This document shows positions 47,379 through 56,195 of a stretch of DNA of 64,000 nucleotides, in pieces. The translations under genes and the position numbers were made by a program. This stretch comes from a virus: IMG/VR virus record IMGVR_UViG_3300020577_005362, positions 2,218 through 66,217 of that record; one strand, written 5' to 3'. A model generated the notes under the pieces. That model did no database searches. It worked only from the letters and a program-made list of their open reading frames with translations, and was not told the origin of the DNA. How positions within the stretch are numbered: position 1 is the first letter of the stretch; each line of letters opens with the position of its first letter.

Positions 47379-48689
47379 ATGCTCTCGCTCACGAAAGCCG
47401 ACATGCAGCGTGTGTGTCCGCGCCCTGCCCGCTACCCGGCCCAGGCGAAAATCTGGGACGCTTACGTCGATGCGATCCTGTCGCCGGAGGGTCTGGCTCT
47501 CCTTGAGCGCTACGAGATCACGACGGAGCGCCGCTGGTGCTACCTGATCGCGACCTGGGCGTGCGAGACGGGCGGATTGACGTTGGTCTGGGAAAACATG
47601 AACTATGACGCCGCGCGCATGGTGCAGATCTTCTCCGACAAGGGCATCACCTACCCGGAGGCCAAGACCCTCGCGCACAACCCTTACGCCATCGCGGAGC
47701 GCTGCTACGGCATCCCCTACCCCGGCAACGTCGGCTGCAAGCGAATGGCCGACATGCTGGGCAACACCCAGAAGGGCGACGGCTGGCGCTTTCGGGGCTG
47801 TGGCATCACGCAGCTGACGGGGCGCTACAGCCACGAGCGCGCGGCCAAGATCGTCGGCTGCCCCCTCGACGAGGTCGAGAAGCCGCTGAACTCGATGCAC
47901 GGAGCGCTGATCGAGTGGGCCGACAAGCGCTGCAACGCCGCGATCGATCGAGAGGCCGTCTACGGATACGACGCGACCCTTCGTGAGGTGCGCCGCCGCA
48001 TCAACGGCGGGTTCAACGGGCTTGCGATCTTCCGCACCTACCTCGCAACCGCGCGCCGGATCTGGCCCAGCGCCGAAGGACCGGCCCAATCCGACGCGAT
48101 TGCGCTCGGGGACAGCGGCCCACAGGTGAAGGAAATCCAGGGATGGCTCGCAGCCTCCGGCAATCCGGCGGGCGCCATCGACGGCATCTTTGGATCCCTG
48201 ACCGAGAAGGCCGTCGCTGGCTTCCAGGTGAGCCACGGGCTGCCCGGCACGGGCCGCGTCGATCAGAAGACGCGCGACGAGCTCAAGGCGGCGGCTGCCG
48301 CTCCTCCGGCTGCCGTCACGCCAGGCCGCGCGCTCGCGACCAAGGAAGACCTGAAGAAGCAGGGGTCGGAGACGGTCGAGAAGGCCGACAAGGTCGAGAA
48401 CACGGGCAAGGTGGTGGTCGGCACGAGCGTCCTTGGCCTGGCTGACACCATCGGCGGCTTCGGCATGATCGACAGCGTGTTCGATCAGATCGAGAAGGTG
48501 CAGGCCGTGGCCTCGAGGTCGGGGTCGGTCTTCGCTGCGCTGATCCAGCCGCGCGTGCTCCTCACGCTCATTGCGCTCTACGTCGGCTACCGGCTGTTCA
48601 TGTGGGGCCGCACCATCAACTGGCGCCGCCTTGCCGACTACCGCTCCGGCGCCAACACGGCGGCGCACGCCGCTCCGGGAGGACAGTGA
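47379..48689 (+). CDS. Endolysin: GH19-like domain, PG-binding domain, C-terminal TM helices
   Basis: ETGG..ENMNY, DGWRFRGCGITQLTGR, RRINGGFNG; GAIDGIFGSLTEKAVAGFQ; hydrophobic C-terminus. Confidence 0.9.
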   Translation: MLSLTKADMQRVCPRPARYPAQAKIWDAYVDAILSPEGLALLERYEITTERRWCYLIATWACETGGLTLVWENMNYDAARMVQIFSDKGITYPEAKTLAHNPYAIAERCYGIPYPGNVGCKRMADMLGNTQKGDGWRFRGCGITQLTGRYSHERAAKIVGCPLDEVEKPLNSMHGALIEWADKRCNAAIDREAVYGYDATLREVRRRINGGFNGLAIFRTYLATARRIWPSAEGPAQSDAIALGDSGPQVKEIQGWLAASGNPAGAIDGIFGSLTEKAVAGFQVSHGLPGTGRVDQKTRDELKAAAAAPPAAVTPGRALATKEDLKKQGSETVEKADKVENTGKVVVGTSVLGLADTIGGFGMIDSVFDQIEKVQAVASRSGSVFAALIQPRVLLTLIALYVGYRLFMWGRTINWRRLADYRSGANTAAHAAPGGQ

Positions 48690-48693
48690 TCCC

Positions 48694-49137
48694 ATGTTCA
48701 CGCTCGCAGCCTCCATCGCCCTCTGGGCGCTCAAGCTCCTCGGTGCCTCGGACTTCTTCGCGGGGCGCTTCGTGACCAGCTGGGTCTTCCGGCCCCTGGT
48801 CATCGCTCTCGTCGCCGGTGGCGGCTATCTGGGCGTCACCCAGGGCCTTCCGGCGATGAAGCGCTCCTATGACGCCCACGTCGCGGAGCGCGCCACAGAA
48901 ACCTTCCGGCTTCGCCTCAAGAACGAGGAGCTGGCCGCCAAGGCGCGCGCCGAAGATGAGGCTCGTCTACAGGCCTCCGAGACCCTTCGCTCTCGGGATG
49001 TAGAGCTGGCCGTGCTGCGTACCGTCGTCGATAAGATGAAAGAGGAGAAATCCGATGCGCGCCGCGCTAGTCCCGATGCTGATCTCGTTGTGGTGCCTGC
49101 TCATGATCCCTGGCTGCGGGCTGGTGCCCGCCAGTGA
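48694..49137 (+). CDS. Putative i-spanin (Rz-like)
   Basis: N-terminal TM, coiled coil; follows the endolysin. Confidence 0.65.
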   Translation: MFTLAASIALWALKLLGASDFFAGRFVTSWVFRPLVIALVAGGGYLGVTQGLPAMKRSYDAHVAERATETFRLRLKNEELAAKARAEDEARLQASETLRSRDVELAVLRTVVDKMKEEKSDARRASPDADLVVVPAHDPWLRAGARQ

Positions 49138-49387
49138 GCCGGAGGTGATGGTCGTCCACAAGGATCTGACGGCCAAGAAGTGCCCGTCGTTCACGGAAGC
49201 CGACAAGGCCGAAGCGCGGAAGACTGTCGAGCGTCCGCCTGAGTGGACATCGAAAGGCGCGACCAAGCAGTCGATGCAAATGCACATCGACGCGCTGGAG
49301 ATCGGCCAAGTCGAGAAGAACAATGTGATCGAGCGTATGGACCGCGAGCACGAGAAATGTCGCGGCAATGCACCCAAGACCAGCTGA
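49055..49387 (+). CDS. Putative o-spanin lipoprotein (Rz1-like)
   Basis: Lipobox IPGC; overlaps the Rz-like 3' end. Confidence 0.7.
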   Translation: MRAALVPMLISLWCLLMIPGCGLVPASEPEVMVVHKDLTAKKCPSFTEADKAEARKTVERPPEWTSKGATKQSMQMHIDALEIGQVEKNNVIERMDREHEKCRGNAPKTS

Positions 49388-49476
49388 AGTGGGGCTCGCG
49401 CAGGTCGCGACCAAGATCCGAGAGGGGACCATGACCAATGCCACGCGCGCGGCGATCCCAGCGCCTGGGAGGGACG

Positions 49477-49941
49477 ATGATGCCGCATTCATCCTACGCG
49501 TCACACAGCGACGACTGGACGCGACTGCTCGCGGAGCGGGTGACGGCGGTCGAGGTCGCGCACCAGATGACAGCCCAGCGCCAGGACGAGCGGCTTGGGG
49601 CGATCTCTCAGCGCGCGAACCAGACCGATCAGCGACTGTCGGATGGCCGCCGGAGGATGGACGAGCTGGACGACCGTTTGCGAGCGACGACGCGGGAGAT
49701 TGGTCCGCTCCTGCCGCTTCCCGAGCGCGTTTCGGAGATGGAGCGCACCCTATCCCCGTTCCCTTCGCGCATGACGGCGCAAGAGCAGAGGATGGAGGAC
49801 TGGCTCAAGAGCTTCGTCAGGCTGAGAGACGGAGTGCTTTATGGGCTGGGCCTGCTGCTTCTGTCGCTGCTGCTGAGCGGAAAAATGACGCTCGATCAGT
49901 TCGGCAAGGCCGTGGTCGCCATCGGAAAGGCCTTCCTATGA
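49477..49941 (+). CDS. Coiled coil plus C-terminal TM protein (holin-like)
   Basis: GVLYGLGLLLLSLLL; lysis module. Confidence 0.55.
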   Translation: MMPHSSYASHSDDWTRLLAERVTAVEVAHQMTAQRQDERLGAISQRANQTDQRLSDGRRRMDELDDRLRATTREIGPLLPLPERVSEMERTLSPFPSRMTAQEQRMEDWLKSFVRLRDGVLYGLGLLLLSLLLSGKMTLDQFGKAVVAIGKAFL

Positions 49942-50075
49942 CGGTGATCGTCCAGGCCTTCAAGGACCGCGAGCGCAGGCCGCTCGCTTTCTTTTTGGCC
50001 GTCACGGCGGCGTGCGCCGTGTCGGTCCTCGCTTCGAGCTTGTGGGCCGTCATCGGCACCGCGCTCGCCCGGTAG
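49938..50075 (+). CDS. Small TM peptide
   Basis: ATGA-coupled, hydrophobic. Confidence 0.45.
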   Translation: MTVIVQAFKDRERRPLAFFLAVTAACAVSVLASSLWAVIGTALAR

Positions 50076-50649
50076 CCTGCCCCGCCTGCCCTTGCGGCTC
50101 GCAGGCCCCGCACCCCGCTGCCGTCCGCCTATTCCCCCAACGGCGGCGGGGTGCCCCTGCACTCTTCGATCCGACCAGTTGCAGGTTATCGGGGATGGCT
50201 TCGCTGTCGACGACGACACCGCCGACGTGATTGTATTTCTCGTCCTTGCGCGGCATCGCCGAGTGGAGGGTGGCCTTGATCGGTTGCGGACGGCGCCAGT
50301 ACTCGTGGGTGCGCGCCTCAACCACGCGATCTGGGGCCGTCAGATAGCTGAAGCCCTCGGGCGCGATCTTGAAGTGATGCACGCCGTTGTCGAGCCCCCC
50401 TTCCCAGCGTCGCACCTGGCCCAGCGGCAGACCGTAGAGCGACAGGCCATCGGGGAAGAAGTTGCCGATCACCTGGCAAAGCCGGGCGTGGAACGTGTAG
50501 AGATCGTCGCGGCCCTGGGCGAACGTCTCCCAGGTGTATTCGATCATGGCGAGCACGCTCTCCAAGCCGCCGTTCCAGTGCACGTAAAGGGCGACGGGAT
50601 GTTTTTTGCTCTTGTTATCCTCCAAGGTGATGATGGCGCGATTGCCCAT
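50050..50649 (-). CDS. Conserved phage protein (MGNRAII..YxHWNGG)
   Basis: Recurrent phage motif, function unknown. Confidence 0.7.
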   Translation of the reverse strand: MGNRAIITLEDNKSKKHPVALYVHWNGGLESVLAMIEYTWETFAQGRDDLYTFHARLCQVIGNFFPDGLSLYGLPLGQVRRWEGGLDNGVHHFKIAPEGFSYLTAPDRVVEARTHEYWRRPQPIKATLHSAMPRKDEKYNHVGGVVVDSEAIPDNLQLVGSKSAGAPRRRWGNRRTAAGCGACEPQGQAGQATGRARCR

Positions 50650-50818
50650 GGGTCTTGTCTTTCGTTATGGCTTCAGTCGTTGCCTCCTCGCGGTTCGCGA
50701 GAATGCGTTCCACCTCGGCACGCGCCTCGGATGAGGTCGGCACCCGACCGAGGCGCATGGCGAGGCGGTTCCAGATGGTGTTTGGGTTGTCATTGCGGAC
50801 GCTGACCGTGATCTTCAT
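50615..50818 (-). CDS. Small hypothetical protein
   Basis: MKITVSVRNDNPNTIWNRL; coupled. Confidence 0.5.
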   Translation of the reverse strand: MKITVSVRNDNPNTIWNRLAMRLGRVPTSSEARAEVERILANREEATTEAITKDKTHGQSRHHHLGG

Positions 50819-51159
50819 AGGTGCCCCTTCTCGAGCACGGGGAAGCCATCGACGGCGCGATATTCCATCCATCCGGCGTGGGGATCGCTCCAGTCCATGC
50901 CAATCAGGATGCGCAAAGCGTCGGGTGAGTCGGGGCTGGGCTTGTAGCCGGTGGCCTTGCCCCACCAGTGCCAGGAGGCGTTGCGTTGCGGGCGTTCGCG
51001 GCAGTGCGCGATGATGGCGGCGTCCGTCCATTTGGAGAACGCCACGGCATTGGTCTGCAGATGCACGACCACGCGGGGCTGCACGGCGGCGCAACCGACA
51101 CTCAGGACGGCAACGCTCATCAGCAGCACCAGGGCGAGCCCCCACACGGCGGCCCTCAT
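50815..51159 (-). CDS. Putative lipoprotein
   Basis: MRAAVWGLALVLLMSVAVLSVGC lipobox-like. Confidence 0.6.
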   Translation of the reverse strand: MRAAVWGLALVLLMSVAVLSVGCAAVQPRVVVHLQTNAVAFSKWTDAAIIAHCRERPQRNASWHWWGKATGYKPSPDSPDALRILIGMDWSDPHAGWMEYRAVDGFPVLEKGHL

Positions 51160-51356
51160 GTCTCGTCCCCGGACCGATACGGCGGCCGCTGCGACGACAA
51201 CTCGGCACGGTAGTCGCGTCGCGCCCGGTCCATCTCCCTGTTGATGTAGGCGAGCCCGGCCATGATGGCGGCGGGGATCAGCATCCAGGGCTTGAGCGTC
51301 AGGGCGAACAAGAACAGCCAGACGAGACCCGTGATGGCGCATAGGGTGCTCAGCAT
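51156..51356 (-). CDS. Two-TM small protein
   Basis: Hydrophobic segments. Confidence 0.6.
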   Translation of the reverse strand: MLSTLCAITGLVWLFLFALTLKPWMLIPAAIMAGLAYINREMDRARRDYRAELSSQRPPYRSGDET

Positions 51357-51673
51357 GGGCCGGCCTCCCGAATTCGGAACAAGCCTCGCCCGGCGCGCTC
51401 CAGGGTGCCCTCTCGCACCATCCGGTCGATGCGGCCGCGCACGATGTCGGGACCGACACGGAAGCGAGCGCCGACGTCCTTAGCCGTCACCAGTCCGCGG
51501 TGACGCACGAACCGCGCAATCTCTGGTCGCCACGTGCCGAAGCGCCAATCGTCGCGGGTGTCGTCCCAGAAATGTTGTGTGGGGGATTTTGTGGGGACCG
51601 GCTGCGCCGGTTCCGCGTCTGTTCCGCGTTTATCCGGGCAGGCGGTTTCGGTTGCTTTTGAGGCTAGGACCAT
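51350..51673 (-). CDS. Winged-helix protein
   Basis: VTAKDVGARF..RIDRMVREGTLERAGRGLF. Confidence 0.6.
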   Translation of the reverse strand: MVLASKATETACPDKRGTDAEPAQPVPTKSPTQHFWDDTRDDWRFGTWRPEIARFVRHRGLVTAKDVGARFRVGPDIVRGRIDRMVREGTLERAGRGLFRIREAGPC

Positions 51674-51680
51674 GTATCAG
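51652..51680 (+). promoter_or_regulatory. Stable-RNA-type promoter upstream of the tRNA fragment
   Basis: TTGCTT-N17-TATCAG plus GC-rich discriminator. Confidence 0.6.
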
Positions 51681-51711
51681 ACCCCCGTTTTCCCTGAGTA
51701 AAACGGGGCAA

Positions 51712-51750
51712 GCCGCCTTAGCTCAGTTGGTTAGAGCACCAGATTGTGGA
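51712..51750 (+). tRNA. 5' half of tRNA-His(GTG); att core, not a complete tRNA
   Basis: GCCGCCTTAGCTCAGTTGGTTAGAGCACCAGATTGTGGA; tRNA similarity stops at the end of the anticodon loop. Confidence 0.88.
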
Positions 51751-51838
51751 ACTCGTGGTCCCTTTCTGATGCGGTTGAAAATTCAATCGCTTACGTCGTG
51801 TTTTTTCGTTCTGTGGGGGTTTTTGTGTGGGTTTGCCT

Positions 51839-52900
51839 TCACGGCGCTTCCTCCCCCGCACGCTTCATCGGCACTACCGGACCCTCGATCAGCACCGGCA
51901 GTCTGTTCACGGCAGCGGCTACGTCACCCCGGATGACGTGCAGGTAGCGCATCGTGGTCTCGATCTTGGAGTGGCCCAGCGCTTGCTGGATCACATGCAA
52001 CCCTGCGCCCTTGTGGCCGAGCCAGGTCGCAAACGTGTGCCGCATATCGTGCCAGCGGAAATCGACGATGCCCGCGAGCTTCAGGGCGCGCTCCCAATGC
52101 TTGCGCCGGTTCGTGCAGTTGAAGACCTCGACCCCCGACGGGTCGGCCAATTGCAGGATGGCGACAGCGTTGGCGTCGATCGGCACGAAGCGGGTGCCCC
52201 CACCCTTCTTGAAGACCTCGGCTTGCATGGTGTCGTAGTTGACGCGGTCCCAGCGCAGCGTCTCGGTTTCGTCGAGACGGCATCCGGTCGTCAGTGACCA
52301 TGCCACCATCAGGTTGATGTGGGCCGGCAGGCGCTGAAGGACGCGCTTGGCTTCGTCGAGGGTGATGTGGCGCACACGCACGTCGGGCTCGGCCCGCAGG
52401 AGCGCCTTGAATTTGATCCTCTGCGTCGGGAGATCCCACACGTCGGAGGCCTTGTTGTAGATCTGCCGGAAGACAGCAAGGCGTCGGTTGACGGTGCTCT
52501 CGCTTGGCTTGCCGGGGCGCTCGCTGCCCCCGCGATTGGTGCGAACGGTCTTGGCGGCGTACGCCTCGAGCATCGCAGCCACGTCCGAGGTTTTCAGTTC
52601 GCAGAACATGGCGTCGGCGCCGAAGTGGTTCTCCATCTCGATCATATGCGCCTTCACACCCGTGTCCTTGAGCTTGTGGCCGTAGTTTTTCCAATAGCGT
52701 GCGAACACGTCGCCTACTGTGGATCGTCGGGGGTCCAGTCGCTCCAGTGCAATTTGTTGGAGGGCGTCGTCGCGCGCCTTCCGTTCGACGGCGCGGGCCT
52801 CCGTTTTGGATGCACAGTGCGTAGAGCCTCTAAAGCGTTGATTGTTGATTTCAAATTCGTAGTGGTAGTTGGGGCTTCCTGGTCGCCGGTAAACTGACAC
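51839..52900 (-). CDS. int: Tyrosine integrase
   Basis: TGCR, HDMRHTFATWL, LGHSKIETTMRY; N-terminal arm-binding domain. Confidence 0.97.
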   Translation of the reverse strand: MSVYRRPGSPNYHYEFEINNQRFRGSTHCASKTEARAVERKARDDALQQIALERLDPRRSTVGDVFARYWKNYGHKLKDTGVKAHMIEMENHFGADAMFCELKTSDVAAMLEAYAAKTVRTNRGGSERPGKPSESTVNRRLAVFRQIYNKASDVWDLPTQRIKFKALLRAEPDVRVRHITLDEAKRVLQRLPAHINLMVAWSLTTGCRLDETETLRWDRVNYDTMQAEVFKKGGGTRFVPIDANAVAILQLADPSGVEVFNCTNRRKHWERALKLAGIVDFRWHDMRHTFATWLGHKGAGLHVIQQALGHSKIETTMRYLHVIRGDVAAAVNRLPVLIEGPVVPMKRAGEEAP

Positions 52901-53079
52901 TGCTGCCTCCTCAGAAAACGCTTGAGCCCGTCGAGTGTATAACGCTTGCCGCGCTTGCGGTGGGGGCTCAGGTAGTAGTGGTCGATCTTCATGCGCCGGA
53001 CGGCCATCGGCTTGCAGTTGAGGATCTTGGCGACCTCCTCCTCGGTGTAGCCGATGGGCTCAAGGATAAGCTCACCCAT
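52714..53079 (-). CDS. Putative excisionase (HTH)
   Basis: YTEEEVAKILNC..RYT; overlaps the integrase start. Confidence 0.65.
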   Translation of the reverse strand: MGELILEPIGYTEEEVAKILNCKPMAVRRMKIDHYYLSPHRKRGKRYTLDGLKRFLRRQQCQFTGDQEAPTTTTNLKSTINALEALRTVHPKRRPAPSNGRRATTPSNKLHWSDWTPDDPQ

Positions 53080-53278
53080 TGCGTCGGTCCTTCTCCATGT
53101 GGCGCAGCGTGCGGGCTAGCGCCTCTTGCCAGTCAGCGCGCGGGCCCACGACGAACGACATCTCTTCCTCGTTGATGCGCAGGAGCCAGCCGCGCTCCGA
53201 CGCCATCAACCGGCCCTTGAGGTTTTTGACGGAGATGTCAAAAACCTCCGGCGTCTGTGCTGTGATGCTGATCGTCAC
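53072..53278 (-). CDS. Hypothetical protein
   Basis: Coupled ORF. Confidence 0.55.
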   Translation of the reverse strand: MTISITAQTPEVFDISVKNLKGRLMASERGWLLRINEEEMSFVVGPRADWQEALARTLRHMEKDRRNG

Positions 53279-53580
53279 CAGTTGCCCCCGGTTTTGGAAA
53301 CCTTGTCGAGCATGGTCCGCGCCTGCGCTGCGACAGTCGGGTGCATCACGATCACGCGCTGCGCCTCAAGGATGAAGCCGCCGGGCTTCGGCGTGCGGGT
53401 GACAACGATGCGCTGGCGATGCTTCGCCCGCCTGCGGCGCGCGCGGGATGGCGACCGCACTTGCGACCAGTCCTCGACAATGTCGACGAGGTTCGGATCC
53501 TCGACGATGCGATAACCGCTCCACGTTCCAATCATGGGCATTGCCTTTCGGATAAGAGCGCCCGGCCGCGCAGCGAACAC
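53275..53580 (-). CDS. Hypothetical protein
   Basis: EDWSQVRSPSRARRR..MHP motif; start may be ~53538. Confidence 0.6.
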   Translation of the reverse strand: MFAARPGALIRKAMPMIGTWSGYRIVEDPNLVDIVEDWSQVRSPSRARRRRAKHRQRIVVTRTPKPGGFILEAQRVIVMHPTVAAQARTMLDKVSKTGGNW

Positions 53581-53598
53581 CGGCCGGGCGCTTCTGTT

Positions 53599-53868
53599 TC
53601 AGGCTGCGGCTTCGCCCCCGCTCACATGCACGGGCAGTTCGTATTCCGTCGCGATGTCGTCATCGATGTCAGGCAAAAAGCACCACGCCACCGGCTGGGC
53701 GTCCGGGTATGCCGTCGCCCAGCTTCCGTCCCATTGGCCATCTTCCCAGCTCGCAATTTCGTAGAGCAGCGGCGAACTCGCGTCGCCCGTGGGCACGAGC
53801 ACGCAGATCGGCTCATCCTTCGGCGCGTCGGTGAAATCCTTTTGCCAGTTCCGGTTTTCGTCGAACAT
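53599..53868 (-). CDS. DUF551-like protein
   Basis: WQ..APKDE..PVAWCFLP. Confidence 0.65.
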   Translation of the reverse strand: MFDENRNWQKDFTDAPKDEPICVLVPTGDASSPLLYEIASWEDGQWDGSWATAYPDAQPVAWCFLPDIDDDIATEYELPVHVSGGEAAA

Positions 53869-53893
53869 TTCGTTTCCCTCTGGTTGCTACGCG

Positions 53894-54184
53894 TCACTGA
53901 AAGTTCGGATCATCGACGCCGCGCGGCAGACGCTCGCCGGTGGCGGCCTCCACGTCTGCGGCGTAGAACATATGATAGCCGCCGCCGGCGAGAGACACGC
54001 ACGCGACCCATTCGCGGTCGACCGCCTGCACGATCTCGATGCTCGCGATCTGCGCCGGGTTGATCATCACCGGCACGCCGTCGGTTCGGACAAGCCGCAA
54101 CGTCAGGTGTGCGAGCGGGCTGTTCGTCGGCGCTTCAACGGGCACTTCACGCTGATAGACGGCCTCCGGGTTGATCATGTTCAT
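53894..54184 (-). CDS. Hypothetical protein
   Basis: PVMINPAQIASI motif. Confidence 0.55.
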   Translation of the reverse strand: MNMINPEAVYQREVPVEAPTNSPLAHLTLRLVRTDGVPVMINPAQIASIEIVQAVDREWVACVSLAGGGYHMFYAADVEAATGERLPRGVDDPNFQ

Positions 54185-54627
54185 CGCCTGACACCCCTCT
54201 GCTGTGCAAAGGACCGGCTGGCCCATTTGCGCTTGAACTTCTGCTTCGCCGGCGCCTCCGTCTCGATGCCGACCTTCGCCAGCATGCGACGCTGAAACTC
54301 GGCTTGCTCTGCGCTGATGCGGTCGCTCTTGGCGATCTCTGGGATGTCCACCTTCGCGGTCTTCACGCGATGCGTGTGAATGGCCTTCACGGAGATGTTG
54401 GTCGGGTGGTTGTACTGTCGTGGCGTCCAGCCGAGCGCTTTGGCCGTCTCGACGCGGATCGGATCGTGGTCGCGTTGCGTCAGGGAGAAGATCTGCTCGG
54501 CCGTCATGAGTTTGGCTTCCTCGCGCGTGACCATCGGCACCGGGTTTCCGTGCTCGTCCTCGACCTTGACGTGCTCGATGATGAGCGCGGCGCAGATCTC
54601 GATCAGACGCGGGTCCCGGCGCTTCAC
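54181..54627 (-). CDS. Degenerate HNH-like protein
   Basis: DH..NHPTNI..HRVKT..DIPEIAKSDR; GTG start. Confidence 0.55.
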   Translation of the reverse strand: MKRRDPRLIEICAALIIEHVKVEDEHGNPVPMVTREEAKLMTAEQIFSLTQRDHDPIRVETAKALGWTPRQYNHPTNISVKAIHTHRVKTAKVDIPEIAKSDRISAEQAEFQRRMLAKVGIETEAPAKQKFKRKWASRSFAQQRGVRR

Positions 54628-54953
54628 CGCTTCGCCCCCGCAGCCCTGCGCGCCTTGGCGATGCGCTGCGTCGCCGACAGCTTGTTCGGCGGCGTACGCC
54701 AGCCCGTGTCCGTGTTGCGCTTGAGGTCGAAGCCGTACTTGCGGGCGACGGCCTCCACGCGCTCCATGGACACGTCCATTTCGCCGAACTGCGCCCGCGT
54801 GACGCCGTTTTTCATCATGCGCAGCAGACGGCGTTCCTGTTTCTCGGCCTCGATCGGGTCCATTTGCGTGCGCATGGACTTCATCAGGTCCTGGCGACGC
54901 TCCCGATAAGGGCGCTTGTCGTCGCCCCAGAAATAGACACCAAAGGGTTTCAT
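54624..54953 (-). CDS. Basic hypothetical protein
   Basis: Coupled ORF. Confidence 0.55.
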   Translation of the reverse strand: MKPFGVYFWGDDKRPYRERRQDLMKSMRTQMDPIEAEKQERRLLRMMKNGVTRAQFGEMDVSMERVEAVARKYGFDLKRNTDTGWRTPPNKLSATQRIAKARRAAGAKR

Positions 54954-55657
54954 GCGGCGGCCCCCTTGCGTGTCTCTGCGAGCGCATGCTCGGCGGAATA
55001 GCGCACGTCGGGGCGCATCGATGGCGCTCCGATGATCCACTCGAGATAGGCCCTATCGGTGCGCGCGATCTCGGCGAAGGTCTGCCCGCGATACTTTCCG
55101 ATGGGGCAGATCCGATGCAGCGCGGGCTCCATCGTCCATGCCTCAAGATCGGAGAAGCGCACGCCAGTCCGCAGCAGGTCATGCATGATCGCGGCCGTCA
55201 CGATCACGTCGGACAAGGCGCGGTGCGGGTGGATTTCCGAGCGGGCCTTGCCGAACGGGCGCACGTGTCCGCGCGAGTAGCGCAGCGCTTGCAGGTTGTG
55301 CTTTTTCTCCTCGGGCCAGACCCGGAGCGCAGCCTTATAGGTGCACAGAAATCGCGGGAAGCGATCCGCCGGCAGGAAGGACGCCTCGAATTCAGCGTTG
55401 TGGGCCACGATGAAATCGGCCCCCTCGAAGATGGAAAGCGCCGACGACAGGGATATGGCGCCCTCCAGGTCCTCCATCAGGATATGATTGACCGCCGACA
55501 CTTCGGGCGGGATCGTCACGCCTTCGGGGAGTGCGACGTAGTGCTGGCGCGGGTTACAGATGCCGCCGTCGCGCGTGAGATCGACGGACGCGATCTCGAT
55601 GATGTGGTCCTTCGACGGATCCACTCCTGTCGTCTCCAAATCTAGCACCCGTAGCAT
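54950..55657 (-). CDS. DEDDh 3'-5' exonuclease (ExoX-like)
   Basis: LDLETTG, VAHNAEFE, HRALSDV, C-terminal PIGKYRG..YLEW. Confidence 0.9.
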   Translation of the reverse strand: MLRVLDLETTGVDPSKDHIIEIASVDLTRDGGICNPRQHYVALPEGVTIPPEVSAVNHILMEDLEGAISLSSALSIFEGADFIVAHNAEFEASFLPADRFPRFLCTYKAALRVWPEEKKHNLQALRYSRGHVRPFGKARSEIHPHRALSDVIVTAAIMHDLLRTGVRFSDLEAWTMEPALHRICPIGKYRGQTFAEIARTDRAYLEWIIGAPSMRPDVRYSAEHALAETRKGAAA

Positions 55658-55662
55658 TTCGT

Positions 55663-55875
55663 TTACCTCAATTGCTCGATGAGGCACGTGATCAGGTTGT
55701 CGGCTTCCTCGGGCTTCAGGCCGATCCACGAGTAGCCCTCGCCCTCGGCCTCGCGCGTGACGCGGATGCCGAAGCGCTTGCCGTCTTTCGTGCGCTTGAC
55801 GCGGATGCGGAAGCCGTTGCCCTCGTAGATGCTCGCGGGCGGTGGCGTGTGTTCGATCTTGGAGAAAGCGTTCAC
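55663..55875 (-). CDS. Hypothetical protein
   Basis: Coupled ORF. Confidence 0.55.
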   Translation of the reverse strand: MNAFSKIEHTPPPASIYEGNGFRIRVKRTKDGKRFGIRVTREAEGEGYSWIGLKPEEADNLITCLIEQLR

Positions 55876-56195
55876 GATGACGCCTCCTGCACGGGTTCCT
55901 CGGGTTGCTTGATGGGGAGCCCCTGCACCGGCACGATCTGCACGTCCTCAAGCAAGGGCGTGTCCTGCCCGCGCCGATGCACTTCCTTCACGACCATGTC
56001 CCACGTCGCCGGGCTGAAAAGCCCTTCCTCGGCGGCCGCGAGGCTCGCATGATGGAAACACAAGGGCAGCGGCAGCTGGCCGATAATGGCGGTGGCTTTG
56101 ACCTTCCTGATCGACTGCCCCCAGGCCATGAAATTGAGGTGGTGGGTGGCTTGTGCCTTGCAGCCCTGGCGGCTGCACATGACGTGCAGGCTCAT
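55872..56195 (-). CDS. Hypothetical protein (Cys/His motif)
   Basis: CSRQGC..LCFHH. Confidence 0.55.
   Translation of the reverse strand: MSLHVMCSRQGCKAQATHHLNFMAWGQSIRKVKATAIIGQLPLPLCFHHASLAAAEEGLFSPATWDMVVKEVHRRGQDTPLLEDVQIVPVQGLPIKQPEEPVQEASS

Larger units (their letters stand above)
51578..51831. other. attP: attP with arm-type repeats and tRNA-His-derived core
   Basis: TGTGGGGGATTTTGTGGGGA (51578) and TGTGGGGGTTTTTGTGTGGG (51812) flank the tRNA fragment; adjacent to the integrase 3' end. Confidence 0.85.

Noticed and set aside
51712-51790. Complete tRNA-His gene
   Set aside because: The 3' anticodon stem, T arm and acceptor strand are absent; only the att fragment is present
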